Source: an uncultured delta proteobacterium | GTDB lineage: Bacteria; Myxococcota_A; Polyangia; Polyangiales; Polyangiaceae | Reading direction: 5' to 3' | Assembly: GCA_963696385.1 (NCBI GenBank) | Contig: CAVOKF010000005.1 | Span: 832,001 to 896,000 of the forward strand | Length of the DNA stretch: 64,000 nt | Shown: piece after piece, positions 1 to 12,026 of the stretch | Layout of the letters: the number at the start of each line of letters is the position of its first letter | Numbering within the stretch: the first letter of the stretch is position 1 | Made by a program: the position numbers and the translations under genes | The notes under the pieces: generated by a model | What the model was told of the DNA's origin: nothing | Databases searched by the model: none | The model's input: the letters and a program-made list of their open reading frames with translations, nothing else

Positions 1-3000
1 GGCAGGAGCGGTCCCGGTCGAAGTCCGACACGATGTAAGGCCGTTGCGTCTCGCGCCGGCTGCCGAGAACCCACTCCGCATAGTAGGTCGCCGTCAGCCG
101 CCGGTGCCGCGCGAGCGTGTTCTTGAGCCGAAGGCGCACGACTTTGAGCGTCGCGTTGGGCGGAACGAAGACCGTGAGCATTTGAACGAGACCGTGGCTC
201 TCGCGCTCGTACGTCGTGTAACCGGCGCCGTGGCGGATGAGCGTATATCCACCGCCTCCGGCAGGCAGGGGCGTGGGCGACCAAACCGCCGCTGTCTCTT
301 CGTCTCTCAGGTACAGGGCTTCCGAGGGGGTATCGAAGACAGGATCGTTTCTCCAGGGGGTGAGCCGGTTCTCGCCGCTATTGAGCGACCACGTGACCCC
401 GAGCGACGACTCGCTCACCAGGCACCCGAAGTCCCGGTTGGCGAGGACGTTGCACCACGGCGCTGGGGTCGACCTCGCCGGCCCGACTTCGAGGACGTAC
501 TCGCGACCGTCTTCGGAGAAGCCGCCTGTGCCGTTGTCGAAGGACAATGCGGGTCGCAAACGCGGTTGGTCGGCCGTCTCGTCGACGAGCGTCGGTTCGA
601 ACCGCGGCAGCATCGGGGGGCCTTCGACGGCACGTCCCCATCGCGCTCCGAGCGAGCCCTCACGCGTATCGAGCACGACTCGCGCACAGGCCTCCAGGTG
701 GCACATCTCGCTTTCTGGGACGCGATCGGCGGCGACCACGAAGATGCCGCCGTGCCGGTTGAGCCAATCGTCGGCTCCGTTGTCGGAGAGCACACGCTGA
801 AGGGTTCCCGATCCTTCGGTCAGGTATCCCGACGGGTGCTCGTCGATGAGAACGAGATCAACCGGCACGCCGCACGCTCGAAGGTAGCGCTGAGCGGCGA
901 GTGTTTCGGCGAGCAGGGGGACGTTGGGGTCGCTCACACGCACGAGCACGATCGGCTCGTCGCCGGAGATGCCTCGACCCCAGAGACGGCGTTGGCAAGG
1001 TGGCGCGGCCGCCCTCGCCGCAGCCGGGGCGCGCAGAGCCGGATCGCCGAAGACCAGTGCCGAGAACAGGCGCTGAACGGTCGGCAACAGCGCGGGTTCG
1101 ATCTTCGCACTCTGCAGCCGGCGGGAACTCTCCTGCTCGGCATCGAGAAAGGTCCACCGAACGCCGTGCATCGATCCGTATTTTCGGGCCAAGTCGACCG
1201 CGGAACCCCTCGATCGGCCTACCGTGGTGACGAAGGCGAGCTTCACCGAGCCCATCGGCGCGAGATCGACGCGCGCCATCAGACTCATGATGGGATCGAG
1301 CACCGCGCCGATGCGACCGCGAAGCCCCCGCTGACCGGCGACGAGCGCTGCCGGCGCTTGAGGGCTCTCGCCGCGTCCGAAAAAGGCTCCGCGATCGGTT
1401 TCGTAGCCGGCGAATGCGACGGCGGCGCCGTCGCGAACGAGGCGATGCACGACCACCGCCGGTTCTTCTTCGGGCGACTGGGGGCGGCGGGCAAAGAGAA
1501 GGGCGTCGAGTTCAGTGAGCCGTTCGCTCTCGACGAACATGCTCGAAAAGGCCGGATGCGTCGGCGCCTGCTTGGTGTCGAACAGCACGGGCCTGCCCGT
1601 GCTCGTCACCGTCAAATGCCGCGGGCGATTCGTTTCGTTGTGAAGCGTGATCTGACGCACTTCGACGTCGTCGGTCGCTGCCACGGCGACGTCGACATGG
1701 ACCGATATGCCTTCGTTGCGCCGATGGAACTCGACTTTGTGCATCGCATACGTCGTTCGACCGTCTCGCGACGTCGCCATCCAGATTTGTCGAGTCTCCT
1801 CGTCACGCAGATAGAACCACATCCCCTCGCCGTCGCGCGTGCCGTCGGGCTCGTAGCGCGTGAGCGCGAGCCCCTGCCAACGGAGGCCGCCGCCCCCGGA
1901 GCTCGTCAGCCAGCTCGTCAGGCGACCGTTGCTCAACACGAACCCTTGCAGACCCGCCGGATCGACCGATGACCACGGGGCCGGAGCGCGCGGCGGCGGC
2001 ACGGCCTCGGCAGCGCCCCCGACCTTGGCGCCGTCGGCGACGGGCCACTCCGCCGGCGCGGCGTCGGGCGCACGCTCGTTGAGCAACACGTCGCCCGTCT
2101 CGACTTGCGGATCGGAATGAAACCGGTCGACCATGGTGCGGCGGTTCAAGAAGTTGCCGAGCGCCACGAACAGCATTCCTTGGTGGTGTGCCATGTACGA
2201 GCGCACGACGGTGAAAGGTTGTCCGCGCGGTGCGTGGTCGAGCGGCAGGGGCGCGCGGTCGGGGGTCAAATCGACCGCCTCGAACAGTCCGTACGCTCCG
2301 AGCATACCCATCGCTTCGAGCGCCATGACGTTGTGGACGACCGCCCGCGGCCGGATCGATACGGCAAGGATCGACGCATATGGAGTCACGACCTGATCTT
2401 CTTCGAGTCCGCGCTTGAAACCGAGCCCAGGCACACCGAAGGAGCGGTATTGATACGTTTGGTCCGCGTCGACGTGCGCGTACGCCGACTCGGAGATACC
2501 CCAAGGGCTCTTGTGGCGCTTGCCGTAGGCGATCTGGGCTTCGACCGCGAGGGCGCTCGTCCGGGCGAGCAGCGTACCTTCCTGGCTTCTCATCAATAGA
2601 CCCGGCATGAGGTACTCGAACATCGTTCCGCCCCACGACAAGAGCGCCGGGTCGCCGGCCACCTGCGTCATCGGTCGACCCAGGGCGTACCAATGGGACT
2701 CGGGCACGTCGCGCTTGACGATCGCCACGTAGCTCGCGAGCCGTGCCTCCGACGCCAATAGATCGTAGTGATGCAGATCGACCTGGTCGATGGTCGCGTC
2801 ATAGCCGATGCGAAAGAGCTTTCTTTCCTCGTCGTAGAGAAGTGCGAAATCCATCGCGCGCACCTCTTCGTCTGCCCGCGAGCCGAGCGACAGGAGCTCT
2901 GCGATCAGAGCCGTGGCGTTGGCCTCCGCAGCGCGAAAGGCTTCCACCAGCCGCTGCGCCGATAAGTCGAGGACGGCGGACGCTTCTCCGCGCGAACGCC

Positions 3001-6000
3001 GCTCGGTTTGCCTTGCGTCGAGATCGAGCCGAAGTCGCTTGGCGACGGCCGGAATCTCGTCGAGCCGCAGATCCGTGGGCAGATCGATGGCGTGAGCGGT
3101 CGCTTCGTCGGTCAGCGCGAGCCAGGGCAATAGCGCGTCGAATTCGCGCCGCATCTGGCTGAGCTGCTGGTGAAGTCGGTCGATCGCGGTTCGAAGGGTA
3201 CGCAGCAAATCGGCTTCATGGCGGGCCGCGCCGGTTTCGAGAAACGCGAGGAGTTCGCGATCGAGCTCTGCGGAGGTCACCTCGCAGAGGGTCCGAAGCG
3301 TAGCGTGGGAGTCGGCAAGGCCGCTCTGCGCGCGAAGACTCACATCCTGCATGCGTGAGACGATCGACCGAAGCGAGTCGACCGCACCGAGCGGGGCCGA
3401 CATGATGACTTCCTCGAGAAGATCGATCGAATCCGAGAGACCCTCCCATGCCTCGGCGCGAACGACGGGAGCCGCCGTCACTTCTCGGCACCCGTGCTTC
3501 AGGGCGAGGAGGCACCCCGCAAAGTTTCCGCTGTCGACCGTCGATACGTAGCGGGGAAGCAGCGGCTGCAGGTTCGTCGTGTCGTACCAATTGAGAAGAT
3601 GGCCTTGGTAATGGGGCATCCGCGTGATGCTGTCGAACGCTCTGCGCAGGCGGAGCGAAAGCTCGCTCGGACCGATGTAGCCAAAGTCGTACGCCGAGAG
3701 CGTCGCCAGGAGCATCAAACCGATGTTGGTCGGGGACGTGCGATGGGCGGTCTGCTCACGCGGCTCTTCCTGGTGGTTGTCGACCGGCAGCCACTGGTCG
3801 TTCGGCCCGACGAACGCATCGAAGAAGCGCCAGGTGCGCCGCGCGAGCAAGCGCAGCTTTTTTCTCTCGCTCGCCGTGATGTGTTCGGTGCGCGAGCGCG
3901 GAGCCCGACTCACCCAACGCGCGAGCTCGGGGGCCAATAGCCAAATCGAAAGGATCGGTGCGGCCGCGATGCACGCCGAAGGTCGCACCCAGACGACCAG
4001 AGCGCCGGTCAAGATAGCGATCAAGGGCGACGCGATCATCGTCTGCCAAAAGACGGTGCGGGGAGATCGCGCACCGACCGTGAACGCCGCGTGGGCGGCG
4101 CTCGTCCATTGCAACAGGTGCTTTCGCGTGATGGTCGTTCTCACGAGGACGCGTACGACGGCGTCCACGACAATGGCAGCCTCGTAAGCGAGAAACGCCA
4201 CCGCGAGCGCGTACCGCGCCAGGTTCGCGAGGCGCATTCGATGGCCGCCCGTGAGCGCCGGCAGGATCGGCGCGAGAAGGATGGCCAGCACACCCAGCGT
4301 CCAGAGCGGCGCACTTGCCGGCAGGCAGGTCCAGCCGAGGACGAGCAGCGCGAGGATGAGAGGGCTCGTGAGGCTCCGCCGAAGATTGTCGGCGATCTTC
4401 CAGCGATCGATGCCCAGCAGGGTATTTTTGCGCCGGTCTCCGCTCGCGGAAGGCACGCTCGCGAAGAGCCAAGGAAAAAGCTGCCAGTCGCCCCGCACCC
4501 ATCGGTGCATCCTCAGGGCGTATGTCGCGTAGTTCGAGGGGTAGCCCTCGAAGAGAGGGATGTCGCTCGCGAGGGCGGTTCGTCCGTGGATCCCTTCGAA
4601 GAGGTCGTGACTGACGAGAGCGTTCTCGGGCGCCCGCCCTTCGACGCTCCGCATGAAAGCGTCGACGTCGTAGATTCCCTTTCCGACGTAGATCCCGGAG
4701 CCGAAGAGGTCTTGATAGAGCTCCGAGCATGCGTGCGTATAGATGTCGAGCCCGACGTCGCCGGCAAAGATGCGCGAAAAGCGGGTCAGACGCGAGCTCG
4801 AAGGGGACGTCTCGATGCGAGGTTGCACGATGGTGTATCCCGCTACGACGCGACCCGTTTTGGCTTCGAACACCGCGCGGTTCAACGGGTGCATCAAAAG
4901 CCCCACGAGCCGGGCCGCGCTTCCCATCGGCAGCTGCGTGTCGCTATCGAGAGTGATGACGAAGCGAATTCCAAGAAGCGATTGGGGGTCGCCTACATGG
5001 CGGGAGTAGCTCGTCGCGGTGTCCCCACGAAGCAAGCGATTGAGCTCCTCCAACTTTCCACGTTTGCGCTCCCACCCCATGAAGCGCTGCTCGGACGGAT
5101 TCCAGGGCCGATCCCGATGCAGGAGGTGAAACGGACCGCGCCCATCCTGGCCGTGCCTCGTGTTGAGCGTCTCGATTTTCTGCGACGCGCTCTCGAGCAG
5201 GGACTTCTTCTCCGAACCGGGATCGAGCGCTTTGGCGTCTACGTCATCGGTGAGAAGTGCGAACTCGATCTGGGGGTCGGGATTCGAAAGATAGTGGAGC
5301 TCGATCTGGCGGATCATGGCCGTCACGTCCTCGGCCCGCCCGAGCAAAGTCGGGATGACGACGAGGGTTCGCGCTTCGGCGGGCAAACCTTTCTCGAAGT
5401 TCAGCTTCGGCAAGGTTCGCGGCGGCAGCACTCGCGCGAACACGACGTGCAGAAACGCGAGGGCTGCCGCCGACGTCGGAATGACGGCGACGATGACGGC
5501 CACGCCAATCCACAGGACGCGGGCGCGGTCATTTGCGCCGGTCGCTACGAAATACGCGGCCAACGCCAGCAGGGGTGTCCAGGTCAAGAGCGTCAGCGGC
5601 ACGAGATACGAGACCGTCGGCCAACGTGTGATCGCTCTGCGGAACAGCTCCAGGCCCACCGGCCGGTACCCGAGCCGCTGCTCCAGGGCATGCCGTCCTT
5701 CGGCGATCAGGTAGTAGCCCACGTGGCCGCGACGCTCGTCGGGTGCGTGGTCGCGCGCGAAGGAAGTGACGAGGTTGGCCACGCTTTCCTCGGAACTGCC
5801 CGTGGCCCACGCCAGCCTCTCGATGACCTTTCGGTACGAATCGCACGTCTCGAAATCCATCCGTGAATACACGCGCGAGGGCTCGGTCCGCAGGATGGCT
5901 TCGACGCGGTTTGTCTTCTCGAAAAATGCTTTCCAGTCGATGACGTCGAGCACGCGCAGCGCGCGAATCGACCGCTCTACGCCCACTTCCGGGTCGACCA

Positions 6001-6614
6001 CGATCGATTCGATCCCTTCGCCGGGACCGTCCGTGCGACGGCGCGGGAGAACCCGACGATCTCTGTCGCGGCCGGGGATGCCTGAAATCCTCGAAAAACT
6101 CGAGAAGGTGCTCGAGCACCGCCGCCCGCAGCATCGTGGGTAAGGCCCACAGCTCGGCAATCGTCAACGGCGATACGGCCTGATAGGCATCGACGAAGCG
6201 GCGCAAGACGGGCAAATCGAGCATCATCGTGCTCTTGGCCACGAGAGCGCGCGCCAGCACGTCGATGCGCGGCCGGCCCTTTGCCGGACCGGACGCGAGT
6301 TGGGGAAGGTGGCGCACGAAGCCTTGCGGGAACTCTTCTTCCACCTGTCGCGCGACCCGGCGAATCAGGTAGTAGTTGTCGAGAAACCACTCGGCGGCTT
6401 TCAGAAGCTTGGCGTCGACCGGAGAGGTGGCCGCAAGGTGCTTCTGGACGCGCTCCAGGCGGCGCGCAATCGGTCGCGGTTCGAAAAAATGGGTCGTGAA
6501 CCTCCGGGCCCGCGCGAGATCGCGCTGCCCTTGGGCCAGGGCGCGCGCATCCGCTTCGAGGGCGACGGCATTCGCGCTGCTCTCGACCGTCGCGGCGTCT
6601 GCACTGGCCGTCAC
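1..6614 (-). CDS. Cyclic beta-1,2-glucan synthase (Cgs/NdvB-like, GT84 plus central domain plus GH94 region); 3' end runs off the window; apparent frameshift near 6080
   Basis: Manual minus-strand translation gives AEWFLDNYYLI, YSRMDFETCDSYR, GWERKRGKLEE, FVITLDSDT, SHDLFEG, HRWVRGDWQL, HRTSPTNIG, YDLLASEARLASY, SWGGTMFEYLMP and MAHHQGM. The GTG start overlaps the USP stop (GTGA 6614-6611). The N-terminal ~180 aa are in ORF 5529..6851; the rest is in another frame that appears open to base 1. Confidence 0.92.
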
Positions 6615-7729
6615 GCCCTCTCCGACGCGTAGCTCGCGCGCAACGACGGCGGCGAAAGTTGCGCATCGACGTTTGGAATGCGGTGAGCGTCGCACTCCGG
6701 CAGGTCTTGCAGGACCAGCACGGGGATCGTCGAATGGGTGAGAAGAAACGCCGTGACGCTTCCGAAGGACCGCCCCGAATCGCAGGCCGATCCGTGTGCG
6801 GACAGGACGATGAGGTCGCTCTGCTCCCTCTGTGAGACGTCGAGAAGGCACTGGCGTTCGTTCGAATGCCGAACGACCAGCGTTCGAACCGACGTCACCT
6901 CACGGGCGAGTTGCTGCTGGAGGTGCTCCAAATAGCGCTTGGCGCCGAACTCGAGACGCTCGGCGAGCTTGCGCACGAGATCGATGTCTTCGGCCGCGTC
7001 GAGCAGTGCGGTCGGGAGAGGTTCTTGAACGGCGTGGACCAGCAGCAAGGTCGCGCCCGAAGCGTTGGCGATCCGAGCCGCGGCGGGCAGGACGCTTTCG
7101 GTTCGCAGCGAGCCGTCGAGCGGAACGAGGATGCGCTTGGGAGTCACCTCCGTAGGGGCCATTCTCGACGAATGAGCGATGAACACCGAACAGCGCGCGA
7201 GCGACAGCACCTGCTGCGCCGTCCGGCCGAGGCTGCCCACTGAGGCTCCCCCGTCGCCGCGACTGCCGAGAACGATGATGTCCGCGGCGATTTCAACCGC
7301 CAGATCGACGATCCGCTCGGCGGGTCGCCCTTGCTCGAGGCGGATCTCGGCCGGCTCCCCCAAGGCGAGCGAGACTTCGCTGTCGAGTCGCTCGAGGTAG
7401 CGCTTGGCCTCTTGCCTGGAGATTTCCCAACCGAGCGCATCGTTCATCGGCCGAGCATGGTCCTCGTGGTGCGGTTGCATCACCTGCACGATGGTGATGG
7501 CGCCTCCGAAGGTCTGTGCGAGCCAGACCGCGTAAGGGACACAACCCTCTGCGAAGGACGAATGGTCGACGCAAACGAGGATGCGACGCCGGGACGCTTG
7601 GTTTGCTGCTCCCGGAGCATTCGAGAGGGAAGCGGTCATCTCGCCCGCCGGCGTCGTCGTCGTCTCGAAGCCGCTTCGCGCCTCGGGGGGGAATGGGATG
7701 CGCGCGTTCGAAGGGTGGACGTTGGGCAT
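6611..7729 (-). CDS. Tandem-domain universal stress protein
   Basis: Two USP domains (RILVCVDHS...ADIIVLGSRG and RILVPLDGS...SDLIVLSAHG...GSVT); GAAAGGA RBS upstream of ATG 7729. Confidence 0.92.
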   Translation of the reverse strand: MPNVHPSNARIPFPPEARSGFETTTTPAGEMTASLSNAPGAANQASRRRILVCVDHSSFAEGCVPYAVWLAQTFGGAITIVQVMQPHHEDHARPMNDALGWEISRQEAKRYLERLDSEVSLALGEPAEIRLEQGRPAERIVDLAVEIAADIIVLGSRGDGGASVGSLGRTAQQVLSLARCSVFIAHSSRMAPTEVTPKRILVPLDGSLRTESVLPAAARIANASGATLLLVHAVQEPLPTALLDAAEDIDLVRKLAERLEFGAKRYLEHLQQQLAREVTSVRTLVVRHSNERQCLLDVSQREQSDLIVLSAHGSACDSGRSFGSVTAFLLTHSTIPVLVLQDLPECDAHRIPNVDAQLSPPSLRASYASERA

Positions 7730-7794
7730 GGATGAGTTCCTTTCGGGTGCACACCTGACGACAGCGCCCGACGGGTGGTGCGCTACGCGCAAGA

Positions 7795-7810
7795 TGCAAC
7801 TCTCGCGCCA
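7795..7810 (-). promoter_or_regulatory. Sigma54 (-24/-12) promoter of the USP-cgs unit
   Basis: Minus strand TGGCGC-GAGAG-TTGCA matches the consensus TGGCAC-N5-TTGC, about 65 nt upstream of the USP start. Confidence 0.7.
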
Positions 7811-8211
7811 GGCACAGAAGCCTTGGCGCAGCGACGGAATTGCTATTTCGATAACGTCTGGTTCGCAGTTCGCGAAGTGCGACGCGGTACTCAGATTTCC
7901 CCGCCGTCTTCGCGCGGGTCAGCGGCCTCGCTCGAAAGGCGGGCCGCGACGACTGCCCCCCTTTCCGTATAGCCTACAATGGGGCCGAGCGCACATCCGG
8001 CTCCTCGCGGCGACGACGGGGCGCGATCCTCCTGGGGACCGCCCTAGGGCTCCGGGGCCATGCTGAAAGCGCGGAAAGGGCCGCGAAGACGGGTGGCGTC
8101 GGGCTAAACTGAAGTTCCCCGCCCGCCGGGACATGCCTACATTTCGGGTCAATTTTGCCGATTCCACAGCAAGATCGCGAACTTCGGCGATTTTGGTTCA
8201 GGAACTTCAGG

Positions 8212-9042
8212 CTAAAGGGTACCAAATACCACGCTCGTGGACGGATAATCGAACGGCACCTCGATGCAGGTGGTTTCGGAACAAGTTGAACTCAGCGGGG
8301 AGAATGCCGCGGGCGCACATGCGCACATCCTGGCGATGTACCTTCCCGGCGGCGCGCAACCAGGCATCAAGCAGGCGCCTTCGAGCACCGGTGGTGGTTC
8401 TTGAATCAGACCGGGGCAGCCGACACCGACCGCGTAGAACACCCCGTTCCAAGTTTGCGTCACGGTACCCGCGTCTCCGAGCGCGGCCCAGAACGAGCCG
8501 ACGGGGGCGCTGAAGAAGCCTCCCATGCAATCGGCGCAGTCGGCTCCGCCCGTCAGCCCGGTGGGCGACAGGTAGAGCTGATCGCCGGCGGGGCAGAAGA
8601 TCGTGAGCCAGTTGAATGCGGGCAAGGGGCTGTCCCCACTCGTGCAGACCCAGTCCCCGGATGCGGCGTACAGCTGGAAGGTGATCGTTTCGGATCCGCA
8701 GCCGCCTGCATCGTCGACGGTCGCTGCGGCCAGGGTGCAGCCGCCCTCCGCGGTCTCCTCTGCGTCCCCGTCGTCCAGGCTAAGGCTCGAATTCCGCGAT
8801 CCGTCGAGATCGGTAGCCGCATCGACCGTCAGACTCGCGTCGATTTTCGCGCCCGTGTCGGAGGTGAGGGTCGCATCCGCCTGGCGCTGTCCGGAGTCCT
8901 CGTGGCTCGCACCCAGAGTGCCGGACGGGGGCTCGCCCCTCGGGTCGTCGCAGGCCACGGCCGCTGGGAGCGCCGGCAGAAGAGCGAGTGCCGAAACGCG
9001 CCGTAGCCAAGCCACCGGTCGCCGGGGGTGCTCGAACTTCAC
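8212..9042 (-). CDS. Cys-rich hypothetical lipoprotein
   Basis: Signal peptide ending AAVAC; acidic linker; C-terminal domain with many Cys (CADC, CAPPGRYIARMCAC, CIEVPFDYP). Confidence 0.75.
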   Translation of the reverse strand: MKFEHPRRPVAWLRRVSALALLPALPAAVACDDPRGEPPSGTLGASHEDSGQRQADATLTSDTGAKIDASLTVDAATDLDGSRNSSLSLDDGDAEETAEGGCTLAAATVDDAGGCGSETITFQLYAASGDWVCTSGDSPLPAFNWLTIFCPAGDQLYLSPTGLTGGADCADCMGGFFSAPVGSFWAALGDAGTVTQTWNGVFYAVGVGCPGLIQEPPPVLEGACLMPGCAPPGRYIARMCACAPAAFSPLSSTCSETTCIEVPFDYPSTSVVFGTL

Positions 9043-9080
9043 GAGCTTTCAGCACCTCCCGGCCGCGTTGCGACCGCCAC

Positions 9081-9106
9081 AATTAAAATCGTTCTCATCG
9101 CGTCAA
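9081..9106 (-). promoter_or_regulatory. Fur-family-like box overlapping a sigma70-like promoter
   Basis: Minus strand TTGACG (9106-9101) followed by TGAGAAC-G-ATTTTAA, a 7-1-7 box with 10/14 matches to TGATAATnATTATCA; AT-rich island in GC-rich DNA. Confidence 0.45.
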
Positions 9107-9326
9107 CCGGCACGACGCAGCTTAGCGTTGCGAGCGCCGGCACGGGGTGCCGCTCGACAATCGGCGAGGCGTGGGAGCGCTCACTTTTCATGCGGCCTCC
9201 TGATTTATCGTCTCCCCAGCCATTGCGGCCCGTCTCCGTCCGCGATTTCGGTTTACGGCGGAGGCCCCTCCCCGCATGATCGGCGATGGGATCGGGGTCG
9301 GGGGTCGAGCTTCGTCCGAGGGTCAC

Positions 9327-11901
9327 TTATCCCTTCGGCGCGTTCTTCACGTACTTGTCGAACCAGCGGAGCATCTCGTAGACCAGCTGTTCGTTCGATT
9401 CCATGGCCGAGTACCAGTGCGGCTCGTGCGGCAGCATGACGAGGCGCGTCGTGCCGCCGTTGCCTCGGATGGCCTCGAAGAGCTTCGTGGCCTGCAGAGG
9501 CGTGGTGCCCGGATTCGCGTCGTCCTGACCGTGCACGATGAGCAGCGGGGTCTTCAGCTTGTCGGCGAAGAAGAACGGAGACACCTTGAGGTACACGCTC
9601 TGCGCCTCCCAGACCGACCGGCGCTCGTTCTGGAAGCCGAAGGGAGTGAGCGTCTTGTTGTACGAACCGCTCGTGGCGACGCCGGCACGGAAGAGGCTCG
9701 AATGGGCCACGAGGTTCGCCGTCATCAGAGCGCCGTGGCTGTGACCCGTCACGCCGATGCGGTCGGGATCGACCACCCCGAGCTGTACGGCCTTCGCCAC
9801 CGCCGCCTTCGCGTCGGCCACGAGTTGCTCCAGGTACGTGTCGTAAGCCTTCTTCGGGTCCCCGACGATGGGAAACGCCGCCTGGTCGATGACGGCGTAT
9901 CCGGCCAGCAGTAACAGCCTGTAGCCTCGCAGGCGCGTGAACGTCTCTTCCGATCCGGTGACCTGCCCGGCCTTTGACGCCTCGGCGTAGTCGAGCGGAT
10001 ACGCGTAGAGGATGGCCGGAAGACGTGTCCCCTCCTTGTAGTCGGGGGGCGTGTAGAGTGTGAACGACAGGTCCACGCCATCGTCGCGCTTGTACTTGAC
10101 GAGGCGCTTCTTGATCGCGCGTACCGCCGGCGTCGGATCGGGGATGTGCGTGATCGCGCTCGGGGTCGACGCGTACGCGGGCTCGTCGGCCGGTGCGCCC
10201 GCCACCCCAGGCCCGAGCGTCCGCAGAAACGCGTTCGGTGGATCCAACGGCGATTGGTGCCACGTGAGGAAGGTGCGCATGTTGGTCCCGGTGAACGCGA
10301 GGAACCGCTCGTACGACGATCGGTCGCTCCGGAAGAGGCGCTCGGTCTTTTGCGTCTTGAGATCGAAACGGTCGAGAAACGGCCGGTCCCCAGCGGGCGA
10401 CGATCCCGTGCCCGAGAGGTAAATGGCATCGCCATCCTGCTGCACGACCCAAGCGCCGTTCGGCAGCTGCCGGGATACCGGCCAGCCGGGGTCCTTGTAG
10501 TGCTCGTCGGTCGAGTGATCCCAGAATCCGGCGCGGTGAGGCTCGAGGATCGTCGACGTTCGTCACGAACGTGCGCGTCCAGTGCCGATTTTCGTCGTAC
10601 TCGCGCAGGAAGGCGACACTCGGCTGCTCGCCCCAGGACAGCCCATCGAACCGCTGCTCGGTGCGCGTGAGCTCGACGGGCGACGCTGTGAAAGGGGCTG
10701 CGTGCCGCATGATTTTGTCCCGCGCGGCCACCTTGACGTTCCAGTCGCCACCGTCGAGCGCCTCGGCCCAGAGCAGCGTTGCGGGCTCGGTCGAGCGCCA
10801 GGCGAAGTCTCGCGGTCCAGTCGGAACGCCGTGGATCGGAACGCGATCGGCGAGCGGGAGCGACGCCACGAGGTGAACGACGGCGCCCGAGCGATCCCGG
10901 ACGTCGACATCGTGCGGGAAGCGATCGTAGGTCGTGACGTAGGAATACGGCTTGTGGATGGACGTAACGAGGATGTGCTCTCCGTCGGGCGCGGCGTCGA
11001 CGTCGTCGTAGGCGCCTGGCTTGCCGAGGGGCGTGACCGTCCCCGTCGCCGTGTCGACCCGTGCGAGCTCCGAGGTGGCGTAGTAATCGAAGAGGTCCTC
11101 GTCGTGCTTGTTCGTGAGCGTGTCGCGCGTCTCGTACGTGCTGCTCTGTCCCTTCTGGCCGCCGGTTTCTTGGATGCTCGGGCCGTTGGGCACGAGGGGC
11201 GCTGGCGGGGGTGCACCGAGGCCGTCGGGGACGAGCTTGACCAGGAGCGTTTTTTGGTCGGCCATCCACTGTGCGGTGCTGCCGAGCATGGGGTTGAGCC
11301 GCACGCCCGGTACGGGATGCGCCCCGCCGCTGACCGCGTCGCCGATCCACAGCTCGACGGCGTCGGCCGTGATGTTCTGGAAGGCGAAGCGTTGGCCGTC
11401 GGCGCTCCAGAAGGGCCTGCCTGGGCAGGCGCCGGGCGGAAGAGCGATGTGAATCTGGGAGCCGTCGGCAATGCGCGCGAGCACGTAGTCGGTTGCGCAC
11501 GGGGTGATGCCGTAACCGCCTGGCGTGTCGTGGCGGCTGTGGTTTCTGGGCTCGACGCGCACGCCGGCGAGGCGGAGGAACGGGGTCGCGACGCGCGACA
11601 TGGGCGGATAGTCTTGCCACGACACGAGGAGCAGCGTGTCGTGCGTCGGGCTGACGAACGGCACGGGCGGCGAAGGGGCGTGCAAGACGTCGAGGATGTT
11701 CTGCGGGGGTTTGTCGTAACCCGAGGGCGCCTCGGGCTCGGGGGCCGGTGCCCGCGCCATGGGGGTCGTCGCGACCGCAGAGGCGGCGCCTGCCGACGGC
11801 ACAGGCGGCGGCGAAGCGCTCGGCAGGACGGGTGCGGGCGTCGCGCACGCGGCGACTGCGACCAGGGCCGGAAAGCAGGTTGAAAAAAGGGGTCGCGGCA
11901 C
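9327..11901 (-). CDS. S9 family serine peptidase (glutamyl endopeptidase/prolyl oligopeptidase-like), probable lipoprotein; apparent frameshift near 10525
   Basis: ORFs 9253..12168 (N-terminal, beta-propeller-like, lipobox VAAC) and 9327..10445 (GHSHG nucleophile, SGSYNKTLTPFGFQNE, HGQDDAN, LPHEPH) join by a single-base shift. Confidence 0.9.
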
Positions 11902-12026
11902 GATGCTTCGCTTATCCGCCTGGGAGTGAAAGGCGTCAATCGGCTTCCTCGGGTTCTCCGCTCGGATCCGCCGCCGTTCGAGACCGAAGTTCGGGCGCCC
12001 AGCAGGGCTCGGTGTTCGGAGGCGCT

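Noticed and set aside
44..5866. Long plus-strand ORFs (44..1972, 2105..2599, 4091..5866)
   Set aside because: They are antisense shadows in register with the cgs gene on the minus strand and have no recognisable motifs; this is typical of GC-rich DNA
8060..8135. c-di-GMP-I (GEMM) riboswitch-like words (GAAA...GGCTAAAC)
   Set aside because: It lacks the GGCAAA and GACGCAAA core, and on that strand it faces the 3' end of a convergent gene
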